DNA of 64,000 nucleotides from an uncultured Clostridia bacterium (GCA_946625575.1 CAMOTD010000006.1:16251-80250); one strand, 5' to 3'. Shown: positions 35,899 to 46,373, counted from the stretch's first letter. The notes: generated from the letters alone by a model not told the origin. Made by a program: numbers and translations.

Positions 35899-36276
35899 AT
35901 GACACCCAATGATCGTAAGTACACCCGTGACCATGAGTGGGTCATGGTAGAAGGCAACGTTGCAAAGATGGGCATCACCGCTCACGCGGCAGAGGCTCTG
36001 GGCGATATCGTTTATGTTGAGCTTCCCGCCGTCGGCGATGAGACCGTTATCGGCGAGAGCTACTGCGTAGTCGAGTCCGTCAAGGCCAGCTCCTCCGTCT
36101 TCTCCGCCGTCACCGGCACCGTCGTCGAGGTCAACGAAGAGCTCGACGCCGCTCCCGAGAAGCTGAACGAGGACGCTTTCGAGAACTTCATCGCCGCCGT
36201 CGAGTTCACCGAGATCAACGAGGACGAGCTCATGGACGCCGAGGAGTACGACAAGTTCTGCGCGGAAGAGGAATAA
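35899..36276 (+). CDS. gcvH: glycine cleavage system protein H
   Basis: 125 aa with the lipoyl-lysine motif VESVKASS. GGAGG lies upstream. Confidence 0.92.
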   Translation: MTPNDRKYTRDHEWVMVEGNVAKMGITAHAAEALGDIVYVELPAVGDETVIGESYCVVESVKASSSVFSAVTGTVVEVNEELDAAPEKLNEDAFENFIAAVEFTEINEDELMDAEEYDKFCAEEE

Positions 36277-36347
36277 TCAAAAAGCACACCAATGACGCCG
36301 GCGGGGTCCTCCCCGTCGGCGCAGCAACATTATAAAGGAGTACAATC

Positions 36348-37688
36348 ATGAGATCATACGTACCCAACACCGAAAAAGAGCGTATGGAGATGCTCGCCGA
36401 TATCGGCATGAGCTCCATGGACGAGCTCTTTAAGGATATCCCCGCGGATCTTAAGCTCGACCGTCCGCTCGATCTTCCCGAGCCCATGAGCGAAATGGAG
36501 CTCCGCGATCTTATCCGCGGCTTCGTCTACATGAACGAGGAGGGCGGCCCGCTCTTCCGCGGCGCAGGCGCTTACCGCCACTACATCCCCTCCGTCATTC
36601 CCCAGCTCGTTATGAGGAGCGAGTTCTACACCGCCTATACCCCCTATCAGGCGGAGATGAGCCAGGGCATGCTGCAGAGCCTCTTCGAGTATCAGACGGT
36701 CATCTGCCGCCTCACCGGGCTCGACGCAGCCAACGCCTCCGTTTACGACGGCGCGACCGCCGCAGCGGAAGCCATGCTGATGCTCAGGGACAACAAGCGC
36801 AAGAAGAAGATCCTCTATTCCGCCGCGCTCAATCCCGACGTGATCACCGTTATGCACACCTACGGGCACTGCGCCGGGCTGGAGCTCGTCGAGATCCCCG
36901 TTACCGATAAGGGCGTTTCCGATATCGAGGCGATCCGCTCGAATATGGAGGGCGCTGCCGGCTACATTGGCGCGAACCCCAACTATTACGGCAATCTCGA
37001 GCCGATGGATGAGATCGCGGAAGCGGTCCACGCAGCCAACGGTCTCCTCGTTGCATACGTCAACCCCATTACGCTCGGCGTTATAAAGCGTCCCGCCGAT
37101 TACGGCGCGGATATCGCGATCGGCGACGGGCAGCCTCTCGGCATACCCCTCTCCTTCGGCGGTCCGTACGTCGGCTTCATGGCGGCAACCAAGAAGCTCA
37201 TGCGTAACCTTCCCGGGCGCATTGCGGGCGAGACCCGCGACGCAGAGGGCAACCGCGTGTTCGTGCTCACCCTCCAGGCACGCGAGCAGCACATCAGGCG
37301 CGAGATGGCGTCCAGCAATATCTGCTCCAACCAGATGCTCTGCGCGATCATGGCGTCCATGTACTGCTGCGTGATGGGTCCGAACGGCATGCGCGAAGTT
37401 GCCGAGCAGAACATCGCCAAGGCGCATCTCCTGGCAGATAAGCTCACCAGGATCGAGGGCGTAAAGCTCCGCTGGCCCGAGACCCCGTTCTTCAACGAGT
37501 TCGTTATCGACGTCGATAACGCCGCGGAGATCAGCAAGGCGCTGGAGAATTACTCCATCACCGGCGGTCTCGTGCTCAAGGATGGCGGCATGCTCTGGTG
37601 CGCGACCGAGACGAACAGCGTCGACGAGTTCGACTTTGTCTGCGATATCATCCAGGATACCATTGATTCCATGGGAGGTGACGAGTGA
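36348..37688 (+). CDS. gcvPA: glycine dehydrogenase (decarboxylating) subunit 1
   Basis: 446 aa. YIPNTE-type N-terminus ([13 protein letters not shown]) and [10 protein letters not shown] motif. Confidence 0.9.
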   Translation: MRSYVPNTEKERMEMLADIGMSSMDELFKDIPADLKLDRPLDLPEPMSEMELRDLIRGFVYMNEEGGPLFRGAGAYRHYIPSVIPQLVMRSEFYTAYTPYQAEMSQGMLQSLFEYQTVICRLTGLDAANASVYDGATAAAEAMLMLRDNKRKKKILYSAALNPDVITVMHTYGHCAGLELVEIPVTDKGVSDIEAIRSNMEGAAGYIGANPNYYGNLEPMDEIAEAVHAANGLLVAYVNPITLGVIKRPADYGADIAIGDGQPLGIPLSFGGPYVGFMAATKKLMRNLPGRIAGETRDAEGNRVFVLTLQAREQHIRREMASSNICSNQMLCAIMASMYCCVMGPNGMREVAEQNIAKAHLLADKLTRIEGVKLRWPETPFFNEFVIDVDNAAEISKALENYSITGGLVLKDGGMLWCATETNSVDEFDFVCDIIQDTIDSMGGDE

Positions 37689-39139
37689 TGCGTTCCGAAT
37701 ACAAACTGATTTTTGAGCGTTCCCATGAAGGACGCAGGGCTTACGATCTGCCCAAGTGCGACGCGCCCGACGCGACCGACAGGATCCCCGAGAGCATGCG
37801 CGCGGCGGAGCCCTTGAGGCTTCCCGAGCTCGGCGAAGTGGACCTCGTCCGTCATTTCACCAACCTTTCCCGCCGCAATTTCGGCGTTGACAACGGCTTC
37901 TACCCCCTCGGCTCCTGCACGATGAAGTACAATCCCAAGATCAATGAGGAGCTTGCTCCCATGTTCGAGGACGTTCATCCCCTGCTCGCGCCCGAGATGG
38001 CTCAGGGCTGTCTTGCGCTGATGGCGGATATGGAGCATATGCTCTGCGAGATCTGCGGCATGGACGCGTTCACCCTCCAACCCGCGGCTGGCGCGCACGG
38101 CGAGCTTACCGGTCTTATGCACATAAGGGCGTATCACGAGCATCGCGGCGATCTTGAGCGCAAGGTCATCATCGTTCCCGACGCGGCTCACGGCACCAAC
38201 CCCGCCTCCGCAGCTATGGCGGGCTTCAAGGTCAAGGAGATCAAATCCGCTCCCGACGGCGGCGTCGACCTCGACGCGCTCCGTGCGGCGGTCGGTCCCG
38301 ACACCGCGGGCCTCATGCTCACCAACCCCTCCACCCTCGGCCTCTTCGAGAGGAATATCAAGGAGATCGCCAAGATCGTCCACGAGGCGGGCGGCCTCCT
38401 CTATTACGACGGGGCGAACCTCAACGCCATTATGGGCATCGTCCGTCCCGGCGATATGGGCTTTGACGTCATGCATATCAACCTCCACAAGACGTTCTCC
38501 ACGCCCCATGGCGGCGGCGGTCCCGGCTCCGGTCCCGTCGGCGTAAAGAGCCACCTCATACCCTTCATGCCCGTGCCCCGCATCGAGCAGAAGGACGGTC
38601 TCCTCACGCTCAATTACGACAAGCCCGATTCCATCGGCAAGATCAAGAGCTTCTACGGCAACTTCGGCGTTATCGCCAAGGCCTACTGCTATATCCGCTC
38701 CCTCGGCGCCGCCGGTCTCAAGGAAGCGAGCGAGAACGCGGTGCTCAACGCGAATTACATCATGAACAAGCTCCGCGGCGTCTATGAGATCCCGCACGAC
38801 CGCACCTGCATGCACGAGTGCGTCGTCACCCCCGGAGAGCTGATGAATTACGGCGTAAACACCTCCGATATCGCGAAGGCGCTGATCGACCGCGGGTATC
38901 ATCCCCCGACGATCTACTTCCCGCTGATCGTGCACGAGGCGATGATGATAGAGCCCACCGAGTCCGAGTCCCGCGAGACCCTCGACGAGTTCATCGAGGC
39001 GATGAAGGATATCGCCGAACAGGTCAAGGTCGACGCCGCCGCGATCCACGCCGCGCCCGTGACCACGCCCGTCGGCCGTCCCGACGAAGTCACCGCCGCA
39101 AGGAAGCCCATCGTCAAGTACGAGCCCGAAACCGTGTGA
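37685..39139 (+). CDS. gcvPB: glycine dehydrogenase (decarboxylating) subunit 2
   Basis: 484 aa. The PLP-lysine context is [16 protein letters not shown]. It has a 4-nt overlap with gcvPA. Confidence 0.9.
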   Translation: MMRSEYKLIFERSHEGRRAYDLPKCDAPDATDRIPESMRAAEPLRLPELGEVDLVRHFTNLSRRNFGVDNGFYPLGSCTMKYNPKINEELAPMFEDVHPLLAPEMAQGCLALMADMEHMLCEICGMDAFTLQPAAGAHGELTGLMHIRAYHEHRGDLERKVIIVPDAAHGTNPASAAMAGFKVKEIKSAPDGGVDLDALRAAVGPDTAGLMLTNPSTLGLFERNIKEIAKIVHEAGGLLYYDGANLNAIMGIVRPGDMGFDVMHINLHKTFSTPHGGGGPGSGPVGVKSHLIPFMPVPRIEQKDGLLTLNYDKPDSIGKIKSFYGNFGVIAKAYCYIRSLGAAGLKEASENAVLNANYIMNKLRGVYEIPHDRTCMHECVVTPGELMNYGVNTSDIAKALIDRGYHPPTIYFPLIVHEAMMIEPTESESRETLDEFIEAMKDIAEQVKVDAAAIHAAPVTTPVGRPDEVTAARKPIVKYEPETV

Positions 39140-39162
39140 CAGCATAATTGAAATGAAGAAAA

Positions 39163-39189
39163 AACCGATGCTTCCGCATCGGTTTTTTT
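39163..39189 (+). terminator. intrinsic terminator of the gcv operon
   Basis: AACCGATGC-TTCC-GCATCGGTT followed by T7. Confidence 0.8.
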
Positions 39190-39225
39190 CAACGTCAATT
39201 ATTCATTATTCATCATTCATTGAAA

Positions 39226-39257
39226 AAACCCGCCCTGCTGTGCAGGGCGGGTTTTTT
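39226..39257 (-). terminator. intrinsic (bidirectional) terminator after the BMP lipoprotein gene
   Basis: ACCCGCCCTGC-TGTG-CAGGGCGGGT flanked by A6 and T6. Confidence 0.8.
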
Positions 39258-39267
39258 ATGATCTTGA

Positions 39268-40539
39268 TCAGTTGTTGGTATCGGTGAGCTCCTTGATGCC
39301 GTCGATCCTGAGATCGAAGTAGGGAGCACTGCGGTACTCGGACTCATGGAAGTAACCGTCGGTGATGACGTTGATCTTCTCGCCCTCGTACTGAACGGCG
39401 GAGTAATCGGCGTTCATGGTGGAGAAATCGAACTCATAGGAATCCTTCTTCTCGCCGCCTACGGTGAAGGTGTTGATATCGAACACGTGGAGAGTGCCGG
39501 CCTTGATGGCGGCGATGACCTCTGCGACCTTCTCGGCAGTGCCGGGAGCGCAGGAAGCGCCGAGCTCGGAGATCATGTTGGCGTCTGCCTCATAGCCCGC
39601 GGTGTAGTCGTGCTGGAGCTTATTGCCCTCGATGAAGTCCTTGAGGACCATCTTGTAGAGGACTGCCCAGTTGTTCTGCGCGGAGGTGAGGGCGGCGTTG
39701 GGGGCTACGCTGAGCATATCCACGTTGTAGCCGACGGAATAAGCGACGGTGCCTTCCTTAAGGGCGGCCTCGACAGCGGAGGGAGCGCCGGTGGAGTCGG
39801 CATGCTGACCGATGATGACGCAGCCGCGCGCCATAAGGGCCTTAGCGGTCTCGTTCTCCTTATTGAGATCGAACCAGGAGGAGGTGTACATAACGTCCAT
39901 ATGAGCCTCGGGAACGATGGACTTGATGCCGAGGAAGAACGCGGTGTAGCCGGAAACGACCTCCGCATAGGGGTAAGCGCCGACGTAGCCGATGTAGGGA
40001 TCGGTAACGGTGCCGGCGTCCATGAGCTCCTTGAGCTTCATACCGGCGACGACGCCGGAGACGTAACGGGACTCATAGGTGTGGGGGAAGATGTTGATGA
40101 CGTTGCCGAGCTTACATACGTTGGCGGTATCGCCGGTAGCCGGAACGAAGACGACCTCGGGGAACTCCTCAGCGGCCTGTACCATATAGGACTGATGACC
40201 GTAGCTGTTGGAGAATATGATATTGCAGCCGGCGTCGACGAGCTGAGCCGCAGTATCATAGCAGGTAGCGTTTTCGGGAATGACGTACTTCCAGGTCACC
40301 TGATCCTCATTGATGCCAAGCTCCGCCATGGCGGCCTTGAAGCCCTCGATATGAGCATAGGTATAACCCTCGTTCTCATCGCCGACGAGTATGACGCCGA
40401 TCTTGAGAGCGGAGACTTCGTGGGGCACGTTGTTGAAAGGTCTTTCCTCTTTGGCGTCATTGCCGGAGGGCTTGCCGGAGCAGGCGGCGAGCGCGAGGAC
40501 CATCACAGCGCACAGAACGATCGCAAGAAACTTTTTCAT
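39268..40539 (-). CDS. BMP-family (Med/PnrA-like) ABC transporter substrate-binding lipoprotein, probable nucleoside binding
   Basis: The ATG at 40539 has GGAGG upstream. Lipobox LALAACSG. IGVILVGDENEGYTYAH and IGYVGAYPYAEV are typical of BMP lipoproteins. Confidence 0.8.
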   Translation of the reverse strand: MKKFLAIVLCAVMVLALAACSGKPSGNDAKEERPFNNVPHEVSALKIGVILVGDENEGYTYAHIEGFKAAMAELGINEDQVTWKYVIPENATCYDTAAQLVDAGCNIIFSNSYGHQSYMVQAAEEFPEVVFVPATGDTANVCKLGNVINIFPHTYESRYVSGVVAGMKLKELMDAGTVTDPYIGYVGAYPYAEVVSGYTAFFLGIKSIVPEAHMDVMYTSSWFDLNKENETAKALMARGCVIIGQHADSTGAPSAVEAALKEGTVAYSVGYNVDMLSVAPNAALTSAQNNWAVLYKMVLKDFIEGNKLQHDYTAGYEADANMISELGASCAPGTAEKVAEVIAAIKAGTLHVFDINTFTVGGEKKDSYEFDFSTMNADYSAVQYEGEKINVITDGYFHESEYRSAPYFDLRIDGIKELTDTNN

Positions 40540-40615
40540 GTTTTCCTCCAAAAAATTTTTTGGTATTACCTTTGTGCCTTTTTCAACTGTTTCCGACACA
40601 AAATCCACCAATACT

Positions 40616-40643
40616 ATTGTAGCAAAAACAGACCTTTTGTCAA
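40616..40643 (-). promoter_or_regulatory. sigma-A-like promoter for the BMP lipoprotein gene
   Basis: Read on the minus strand: TTGACA (40638-40643), 16-nt spacer, TGC-TACAAT (-10 at 40616-40621). Confidence 0.55.
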
Positions 40644-40788
40644 TAGATTTTTATCACACCTTGCGCCGCGCGGATAATATATTGTGTCACTTTCGGCACA
40701 TTGCTTTTACTGCCGCGATTTTTATGGTAATATATATGGGTAAATATGTGCCTTCCCGCATTACGGCAGGCAGAAAGGATGTTTATTT

Positions 40789-41844
40789 ATGAAGAAGCTC
40801 ATCGCCGTCGCTCTCGCCATGCTGCTTGCCGCGGCATTCGTTCCCGGCGCGATCGCCGCTCCCCATACGGAGGAGGTCTCCGTTACTTATACCGGCGCCT
40901 CCACCGACGCGACGAACATCAGCGTGGGCGGGTATTTCTACTGGACGCTCAGCATCTCCGCCGCTTCCAGCCTTTACAGCGGTCAGTGGCTGGTCGATTA
41001 CCCCGAGGCGTACGTCACGCCGGTCAACTATTCCGCGACCTGGTCCGGCAGTCTTGCGAGCATAATCAGCGCCGCAGGTTCAAACGCGATCTCCGATACC
41101 CCCTCCGTGACCTGCAATCTTACCTATGAGGGTATGACGGGCGGCAATCCCCAGGGCGTTGCCGGCAATATGTATAACAACATCGGCATGGGTCTGCTCT
41201 CGTTCACCCATTGGGGCATCCAGGACGGCGCTCCCTTCATCCGCATAAGGTACCGTCTCGATCAGCTGCCCCCCCGCAACGTGACCGAGTTCGATGAGAC
41301 CGGACATTATCTGCCCTTCCCCGTCATCGTCGTAAGCAGCTATTACTACATTGAGGGCAGCACCATCGCCCCCGGCAACGAATACTGCCGCGAGCATGAG
41401 CATATCAACGTCGTAAACGGCAAGGTCTACGTCAACACCGACGATCCCACCGATATCTACACCGTCAACTTCTACGGCTTCAACAATGAGCTCATCTCCT
41501 CCCAGCACGTGACTGCCGGTGAAGCCGCCGTCGCGCCCGACGTGGACGCGCTCGTTACCGACAGCGTCGGCCCGCACCGCTTCTTCGGCTGGGACGCCGA
41601 TTACAGCTCGATCACTTCCGATCTTGACGTGCACGCCGAATACGTGCTCGTTGGCGACGTCAACCTGAGCGGCGACGTTGCGGCGGACGACGCGCTGCTT
41701 GCGCTCCGTTATTCCATGCAGATCGATACGCTTTCCGCCAAGAACGTCTTCGCCGGAGATATCGACCAGAACGGTCAGCTCCAGGCGGACGACGCGCTTA
41801 TCATACTGCGTTATACCATGGGCATCGTTACCGGTCTCGTATAA
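40789..41844 (+). CDS. secreted dockerin-containing protein (N-terminal cohesin-like?, InlB-B/Flg_new-like repeat, type-I dockerin)
   Basis: Signal peptide ending AIAAP. YTVNFYGFNNE...FFGWDADY resembles a Listeria-Bacteroides repeat. The C-terminal duplicated dockerin is GDVNLSGDVAADDALLALRY / GDIDQNGQLQADDALIILRY. Confidence 0.65.
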   Translation: MKKLIAVALAMLLAAAFVPGAIAAPHTEEVSVTYTGASTDATNISVGGYFYWTLSISAASSLYSGQWLVDYPEAYVTPVNYSATWSGSLASIISAAGSNAISDTPSVTCNLTYEGMTGGNPQGVAGNMYNNIGMGLLSFTHWGIQDGAPFIRIRYRLDQLPPRNVTEFDETGHYLPFPVIVVSSYYYIEGSTIAPGNEYCREHEHINVVNGKVYVNTDDPTDIYTVNFYGFNNELISSQHVTAGEAAVAPDVDALVTDSVGPHRFFGWDADYSSITSDLDVHAEYVLVGDVNLSGDVAADDALLALRYSMQIDTLSAKNVFAGDIDQNGQLQADDALIILRYTMGIVTGLV

Positions 41845-41864
41845 ATCCGTATCGTTTCTTCGGT

Positions 41865-41900
41865 CCCCCGCATCGGGCTCGCCCCGCGGGGGCTTTTTTT
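41865..41900 (+). terminator. intrinsic terminator
   Basis: CCCCCGC...GCGGGGG stem followed by C and T7. Confidence 0.7.
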
Positions 41901-41945
41901 ATGCAAAAAAACCGTGCCTGCCGCGCGTTTTCGAGCCGTTTTTTG

Positions 41946-41974
41946 TAGACAAACCGTTTTATTTGCGATATAAT
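41946..41974 (+). promoter_or_regulatory. sigma-A-like promoter for the ABC ATPase/permease genes
   Basis: TAGACA (41946-41951), 17-nt spacer, TATAAT (41969-41974). A 7-bp GCCCCCG/CGGGGGC hairpin (about 41993-42013) sits in the leader. Confidence 0.45.
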
Positions 41975-42036
41975 TTTATTTGTTGATTTCTGCGCCCCCG
42001 TATTATCGGGGGCATTCGATGTAACGAAGGAGGGCT

Positions 42037-43623
42037 TTGGTTCTGATGCAGAGAAACGAAGTTGTAACGGATCGTCCCGTATCCGGCACGCCCGCCGTAA
42101 GGATGGAGCATATTACGAAGGTTTTCGGCTCCGTCATTGCGAACGACGACGTAACGCTGGATATCTTCCGGGGCGAGATACTTTCCCTGCTGGGGGAGAA
42201 CGGCAGCGGAAAGACCACTCTTATGAATATGCTCTCGGGCATCTACTTTCCCGACGCGGGCACTGTCTCGGTCGACGGCAGACCCGTTTCTATCAAGTCG
42301 CCGAAGGACGCCTTCGATCTGCATATAGGCATGATCCACCAGCACTTCAAGCTGGTCGATATACTGACCGCGGCGGAGAATATCGTGCTCGGTCTCAATG
42401 AGAGCTATATGCTCAATCTGAAGCGCGTGCATGCCGAGGTGACCAATATCTGCAGTAAATACGGATTCGACCTCGATCCCGACAAGAAGGTCTACGATAT
42501 GTCCGTATCCGAAAAGCAGACGCTTGAGATCATCAAGGTGCTGTACCGCGGCGCGGACATACTGATACTGGACGAGCCCACCGCCGTGCTCACCCCGCAG
42601 GAGACGGAAAAGCTTTTCGGCGTCATGCGAAACATGAAGGCGGACGGCAAAGCCATCGTAATTATCACGCACAAGCTGCATGAGGTCATGTCCATATCCG
42701 ACCGCGTGGCGGTGCTCCGCAAGGGCCGCTACGTGGGCGATATCGCCACCTCCCAAACCGATCCGCAGCAGCTGACCGACATGATGGTCGGGCACGCGGT
42801 AAAGCTGAATATTGAAAGACCGGAGCCGAAGGATCTTCGCGAATGCCTTAAGGTGGAAAACCTTTCCGTCGTGGATATCGACGGCATAAGGAAGCTCGAC
42901 AAGGTATCGTTCACCGCGTACGGCGGCGAGATACTCGGCGTCGCCGGCGTCGCCGGCAGCGGTCAGAAGGAGCTTCTGGAGGTCATCGCGGGACTTCAGC
43001 CCGCACAGAGGGGCAGCAGCGTGATCTACACCGACCGGAACGGCAAGGTCTCCTCCCTCATCGGTAAGAGCCCGCTTGAGATAAAGAAGCTCGGCGTGCA
43101 TCTTGCCTTCGTGCCGGAGGACAGGCTCGGCATGGGTCTCGTCGGCAACCTCGATATAGCGGACAATATGCTTATCCGCACCTATACCGAGGGCAGCGGA
43201 ATTTTCGTCAATATGAAGCGCCCGCGCAAGCTCGCGCAGGATATCGTTAAGGAGTTCGAGGTAGTCACCCCCGGCATCACCACCCCCGTAAGGAAGCTCT
43301 CCGGCGGCAACGTGCAGAAGGTGCTCGTCGGGCGAGAGATATCGGGCGACCCCTCCCTGATGATGAGCGCATACGCCGTTCGCGGACTCGACATCAACAC
43401 TTCGTACACCATATACCGCCTTATGAACGAGCAGAAGGCGCGCGGCACGGCGGTCATATACGTGGGCGAGGATCTCGATGTGCTGCTCGAGCTGTGCGAC
43501 AGGATCATGGTGCTCTGCGGCGGCAGGCTGAGCGGCATCGTCGACGGGCGCACCGCCACAAAGGAGCAGGTCGGTCTTATGATGACGCATCTTAACGAAG
43601 CGGGAACGGAGGACGCCGAATGA
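42037..43623 (+). CDS. ABC transporter ATP-binding protein, duplicated ATPase (BMP/sugar type)
   Basis: Two nucleotide-binding domains (GENGSGKTTL; LSGGNVQK). The start is either TTG 42037 or ATG 42046, with AGGAGG at about 42027-42033. Confidence 0.85.
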   Translation: MVLMQRNEVVTDRPVSGTPAVRMEHITKVFGSVIANDDVTLDIFRGEILSLLGENGSGKTTLMNMLSGIYFPDAGTVSVDGRPVSIKSPKDAFDLHIGMIHQHFKLVDILTAAENIVLGLNESYMLNLKRVHAEVTNICSKYGFDLDPDKKVYDMSVSEKQTLEIIKVLYRGADILILDEPTAVLTPQETEKLFGVMRNMKADGKAIVIITHKLHEVMSISDRVAVLRKGRYVGDIATSQTDPQQLTDMMVGHAVKLNIERPEPKDLRECLKVENLSVVDIDGIRKLDKVSFTAYGGEILGVAGVAGSGQKELLEVIAGLQPAQRGSSVIYTDRNGKVSSLIGKSPLEIKKLGVHLAFVPEDRLGMGLVGNLDIADNMLIRTYTEGSGIFVNMKRPRKLAQDIVKEFEVVTPGITTPVRKLSGGNVQKVLVGREISGDPSLMMSAYAVRGLDINTSYTIYRLMNEQKARGTAVIYVGEDLDVLLELCDRIMVLCGGRLSGIVDGRTATKEQVGLMMTHLNEAGTEDAE

Positions 43624-45299
43624 TACATATTTCAAAGAGAGTCGATTTCATCCGCGGCAAGGCGGCGTGGCTCAACCCGTTCATCGGCTGGGCGATCAGG
43701 ATACTCGCCGTGCTTCTGTCGCTCGTCGTCAGCGGCATACTGATCTATTCGATAACGAAGCTCAACCCCATACAGGTCTACATTGTTATGGGCAAGGGCG
43801 TATTCGGAACGAGCCGCCGCATCTGGGCGTGGCTCAGGGACCTTGCGCTGCTCCTGTGCATCTCGGTCGGTCTTGCGCCGGCGTTCAAGATGCGGTTCTG
43901 GAACATCGGCGCGGAGGGGCAGGTGCTCGTCGGCGGCATAGCGACCGCCGCCTGCATGATCTATCTCGGCAACGCCGGTATCCCCACCCCGATCTTCCTT
44001 ATTATAATGGCTTCGGCGAGCATACTCGCCGGTATGATCTGGGGCGTTATCCCCGCCCTTTTCAAGGCGAAGTGGAACACCAACGAAACGCTGTTCACGC
44101 TGATGATGAACTACATAGCGATACAGCTCACCTCGTTCTTCATCCCGCGCTGGGAGCATCCGAAGGGCTCCAACACCGTCGGCATTATAAACGCCGGCAC
44201 CAAGGCGGGCTGGATCCCCGCCCTCCTCGGCAGGCAGTACCTTATTAACATACTGATCGTCGCCGCGGTCGTAATACTCATGTACTTCTATCTTAAAAAG
44301 AGCAAGCACGGGTACGAGATCGCCGTCGTCGGTCAGAGCGAGAATACCGCAAGATACGCGGCGATGAACGTGAAGAAGGTCATTATAAGGTCCATGGCGC
44401 TCTCCGGCGCGATCTGCGGTCTCGGCGGCTTCCTTGCCGTATCGGGCGCGGACCACACGATCTCCACCGCCACTGCGGGCGGCAGGGGCTTCGTCGCGAT
44501 AATCGTCGCCTGGCTCGCCAAATTCAACACGATCACTATGGTGCTCATCTCCGCGATGCTGATATTCCTCGAAAAGGGCGCCATTGCCATCGCGTCCGAA
44601 TTCAGCCTCTCGAACGACGTATCGAAGATAATCACCGGTATTATACTCTTCTTCATACTCGGCAGCGAATTCTTTATCAATTATGAGATCAAGATCTCGA
44701 GCGGCGCCGTCAACCGCGAAGCCGTGAAGAAGAATTCCGCCGGCATGGTGCGCGGCAATTATTGGCAGGCGGTGCTCCTCTCCCTGCTCGGAAACCTCCT
44801 TTCCGGCACGGCGATCGGGCTCTTCGTGTTCAACCCCGTCCGCGTCGGCCTCGCGGGGGCGAGCCGCGCCGTCTATAACGGCGAAAAATTCAGACCGGGC
44901 GACGTATTCAGCCGCTTCAAAAAGGGCAGGTATCTGCACACCGTAGGCACGATGGCGCTCGTAACGCTGTTCATAACCCTCGGTCTGGGCTGCCTTATCG
45001 TTCCCGGCGTGATCGTTGCGATCGGTCTTTCGAGAGTACCCTATCTCCTCGCCGCGGAAAAGGACGGTGAAAAGACGGCGCCGATGGATATCCTCCGCCG
45101 TTCCTGGAGCATGATGAAGGGACACAAGACCGATCATTTCGTATTCCGGCTCACGTTCATAGGCTGGGCGATACTCAATTTCCTCACTTTCGGGATACTG
45201 GGTCTGTTCTGGGTGAACCCGTATTTCAACACCGCGCTCGCGGGATATCACGAGGAGCTCGTCAAAGTTGAGTCTCAGGACAAAAAGGAGGTGTGCTGA
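43620..45299 (+). CDS. ABC transporter permease (BMP type) fused to a C-terminal DUF975-like membrane domain
   Basis: Residues 1 to about 355 look like a branched-chain/BMP-type permease. Residues from about 360 to 559 carry VRGNYWQAVLLSLLGNLL ... SWSMMKGHKTDHFVFRLTFIGWAILNFLTFGILGLFWVNPY, which I recognise as DUF975-like. Confidence 0.7.
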   Translation: MIHISKRVDFIRGKAAWLNPFIGWAIRILAVLLSLVVSGILIYSITKLNPIQVYIVMGKGVFGTSRRIWAWLRDLALLLCISVGLAPAFKMRFWNIGAEGQVLVGGIATAACMIYLGNAGIPTPIFLIIMASASILAGMIWGVIPALFKAKWNTNETLFTLMMNYIAIQLTSFFIPRWEHPKGSNTVGIINAGTKAGWIPALLGRQYLINILIVAAVVILMYFYLKKSKHGYEIAVVGQSENTARYAAMNVKKVIIRSMALSGAICGLGGFLAVSGADHTISTATAGGRGFVAIIVAWLAKFNTITMVLISAMLIFLEKGAIAIASEFSLSNDVSKIITGIILFFILGSEFFINYEIKISSGAVNREAVKKNSAGMVRGNYWQAVLLSLLGNLLSGTAIGLFVFNPVRVGLAGASRAVYNGEKFRPGDVFSRFKKGRYLHTVGTMALVTLFITLGLGCLIVPGVIVAIGLSRVPYLLAAEKDGEKTAPMDILRRSWSMMKGHKTDHFVFRLTFIGWAILNFLTFGILGLFWVNPYFNTALAGYHEELVKVESQDKKEVC

Positions 45300-45300
45300 T

Positions 45301-46356
45301 ATGACAGTGCTTGTACAGATCATTTCACTCATAACCACCGCGATCTCGTTCGGCACGGTCATCATGTACGGCAGCCTCGGCGAGATACTGACGGAGAAAT
45401 CCGGTCATCTGAACCTCGGCGTTCCCGGCATCATGTACATGGGCGGCATCGGCGGTCTTATCGGAGCGTTCATCTATGAAACGCACACCGCATCGCCCGT
45501 TCCGTTCGTAGGGCTCGTTATCGCTCTTGTGAGCACGCTCCTGTGCTCGCTCCTGGGCGGTCTCATTTACAGCTTCCTCACCGTTTCGCTCCGCGCGAAT
45601 CAGAACGTCACCGGTCTTACGCTGACCATATTCGGAAGCGGACTTGCGAACTTCTTCGGCGGCAGCCTCTCGAAGCTCGCCGGCGGCGTCGGTCAGATCT
45701 CCGTCGCCTCCACCTCCTCCGCCTTCCGCTGGACGCAGCATATCTCCGACCGTCTCGTCGCGCTGCTCTCTGCGAAAGCGGCTGAGGGCGGCTTTATGAA
45801 GTTCCTCGCCGGGCTCTTTGACAGCATCGACAGGATATTCCTCAATTACGGCTTCATGGTGTGGCTCGCCATCGCCATAGCCATACTTATGAGCATATTC
45901 CTCAACAGGACGAGCCGCGGTCTTAACCTGCGCGCGGTCGGCGAGAACCCCGCGACGGCGGACGCCGCGGGCATCAACGTAAAGCGTTATAAGTATCTTT
46001 CCACCTGCATCGGCGCGATGATCTCCGGTCTCGGCGGGCTCTACTACGTAATGGATTACATAAAGGGCACGTGGGCGAACGACGGCAATATAGAGGCCGT
46101 CGGCTGGCTCGCCGTGGCGCTCGTTATATTCGCCACGTGGAAGCCCCTTCGCTCGATCTGGGGCGCGTACCTGTTCGGCGCGCTGTACTGGCTCTACAAT
46201 TTCATCCCCGGTCTTACCCGCAGCTCGCAGGAGATCTTCAAGATGCTCCCCTATATCGTTACGATCATCGTGCTAATAAGCGTTTCGCTCCGCCATAAGC
46301 GCGAGGATCAGCCTCCGACTTCGCTCGGGTTATCGTATTTCAGAGAAGACAGATAG
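45301..46356 (+). CDS. ABC transporter permease (second BMP-type permease)
   Basis: The ATG at 45301 has AGGAGG 8 nt upstream, directly after the preceding stop. It is polytopic and ends in the typical SLGLSYFRE tail. Confidence 0.8.
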   Translation: MTVLVQIISLITTAISFGTVIMYGSLGEILTEKSGHLNLGVPGIMYMGGIGGLIGAFIYETHTASPVPFVGLVIALVSTLLCSLLGGLIYSFLTVSLRANQNVTGLTLTIFGSGLANFFGGSLSKLAGGVGQISVASTSSAFRWTQHISDRLVALLSAKAAEGGFMKFLAGLFDSIDRIFLNYGFMVWLAIAIAILMSIFLNRTSRGLNLRAVGENPATADAAGINVKRYKYLSTCIGAMISGLGGLYYVMDYIKGTWANDGNIEAVGWLAVALVIFATWKPLRSIWGAYLFGALYWLYNFIPGLTRSSQEIFKMLPYIVTIIVLISVSLRHKREDQPPTSLGLSYFREDR

Positions 46357-46373
46357 CTTCGGCATTCGGCTTC

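Noticed and set aside
39191-39225. Short ATTCATT-type iterations (AATTATTCATTATTCATCATTCATTG) between the two convergent terminators.
   Set aside because: It is only about 30 bp of AT-rich degenerate repetition in a terminator-flanked spacer. There are no partner sites elsewhere in the window.
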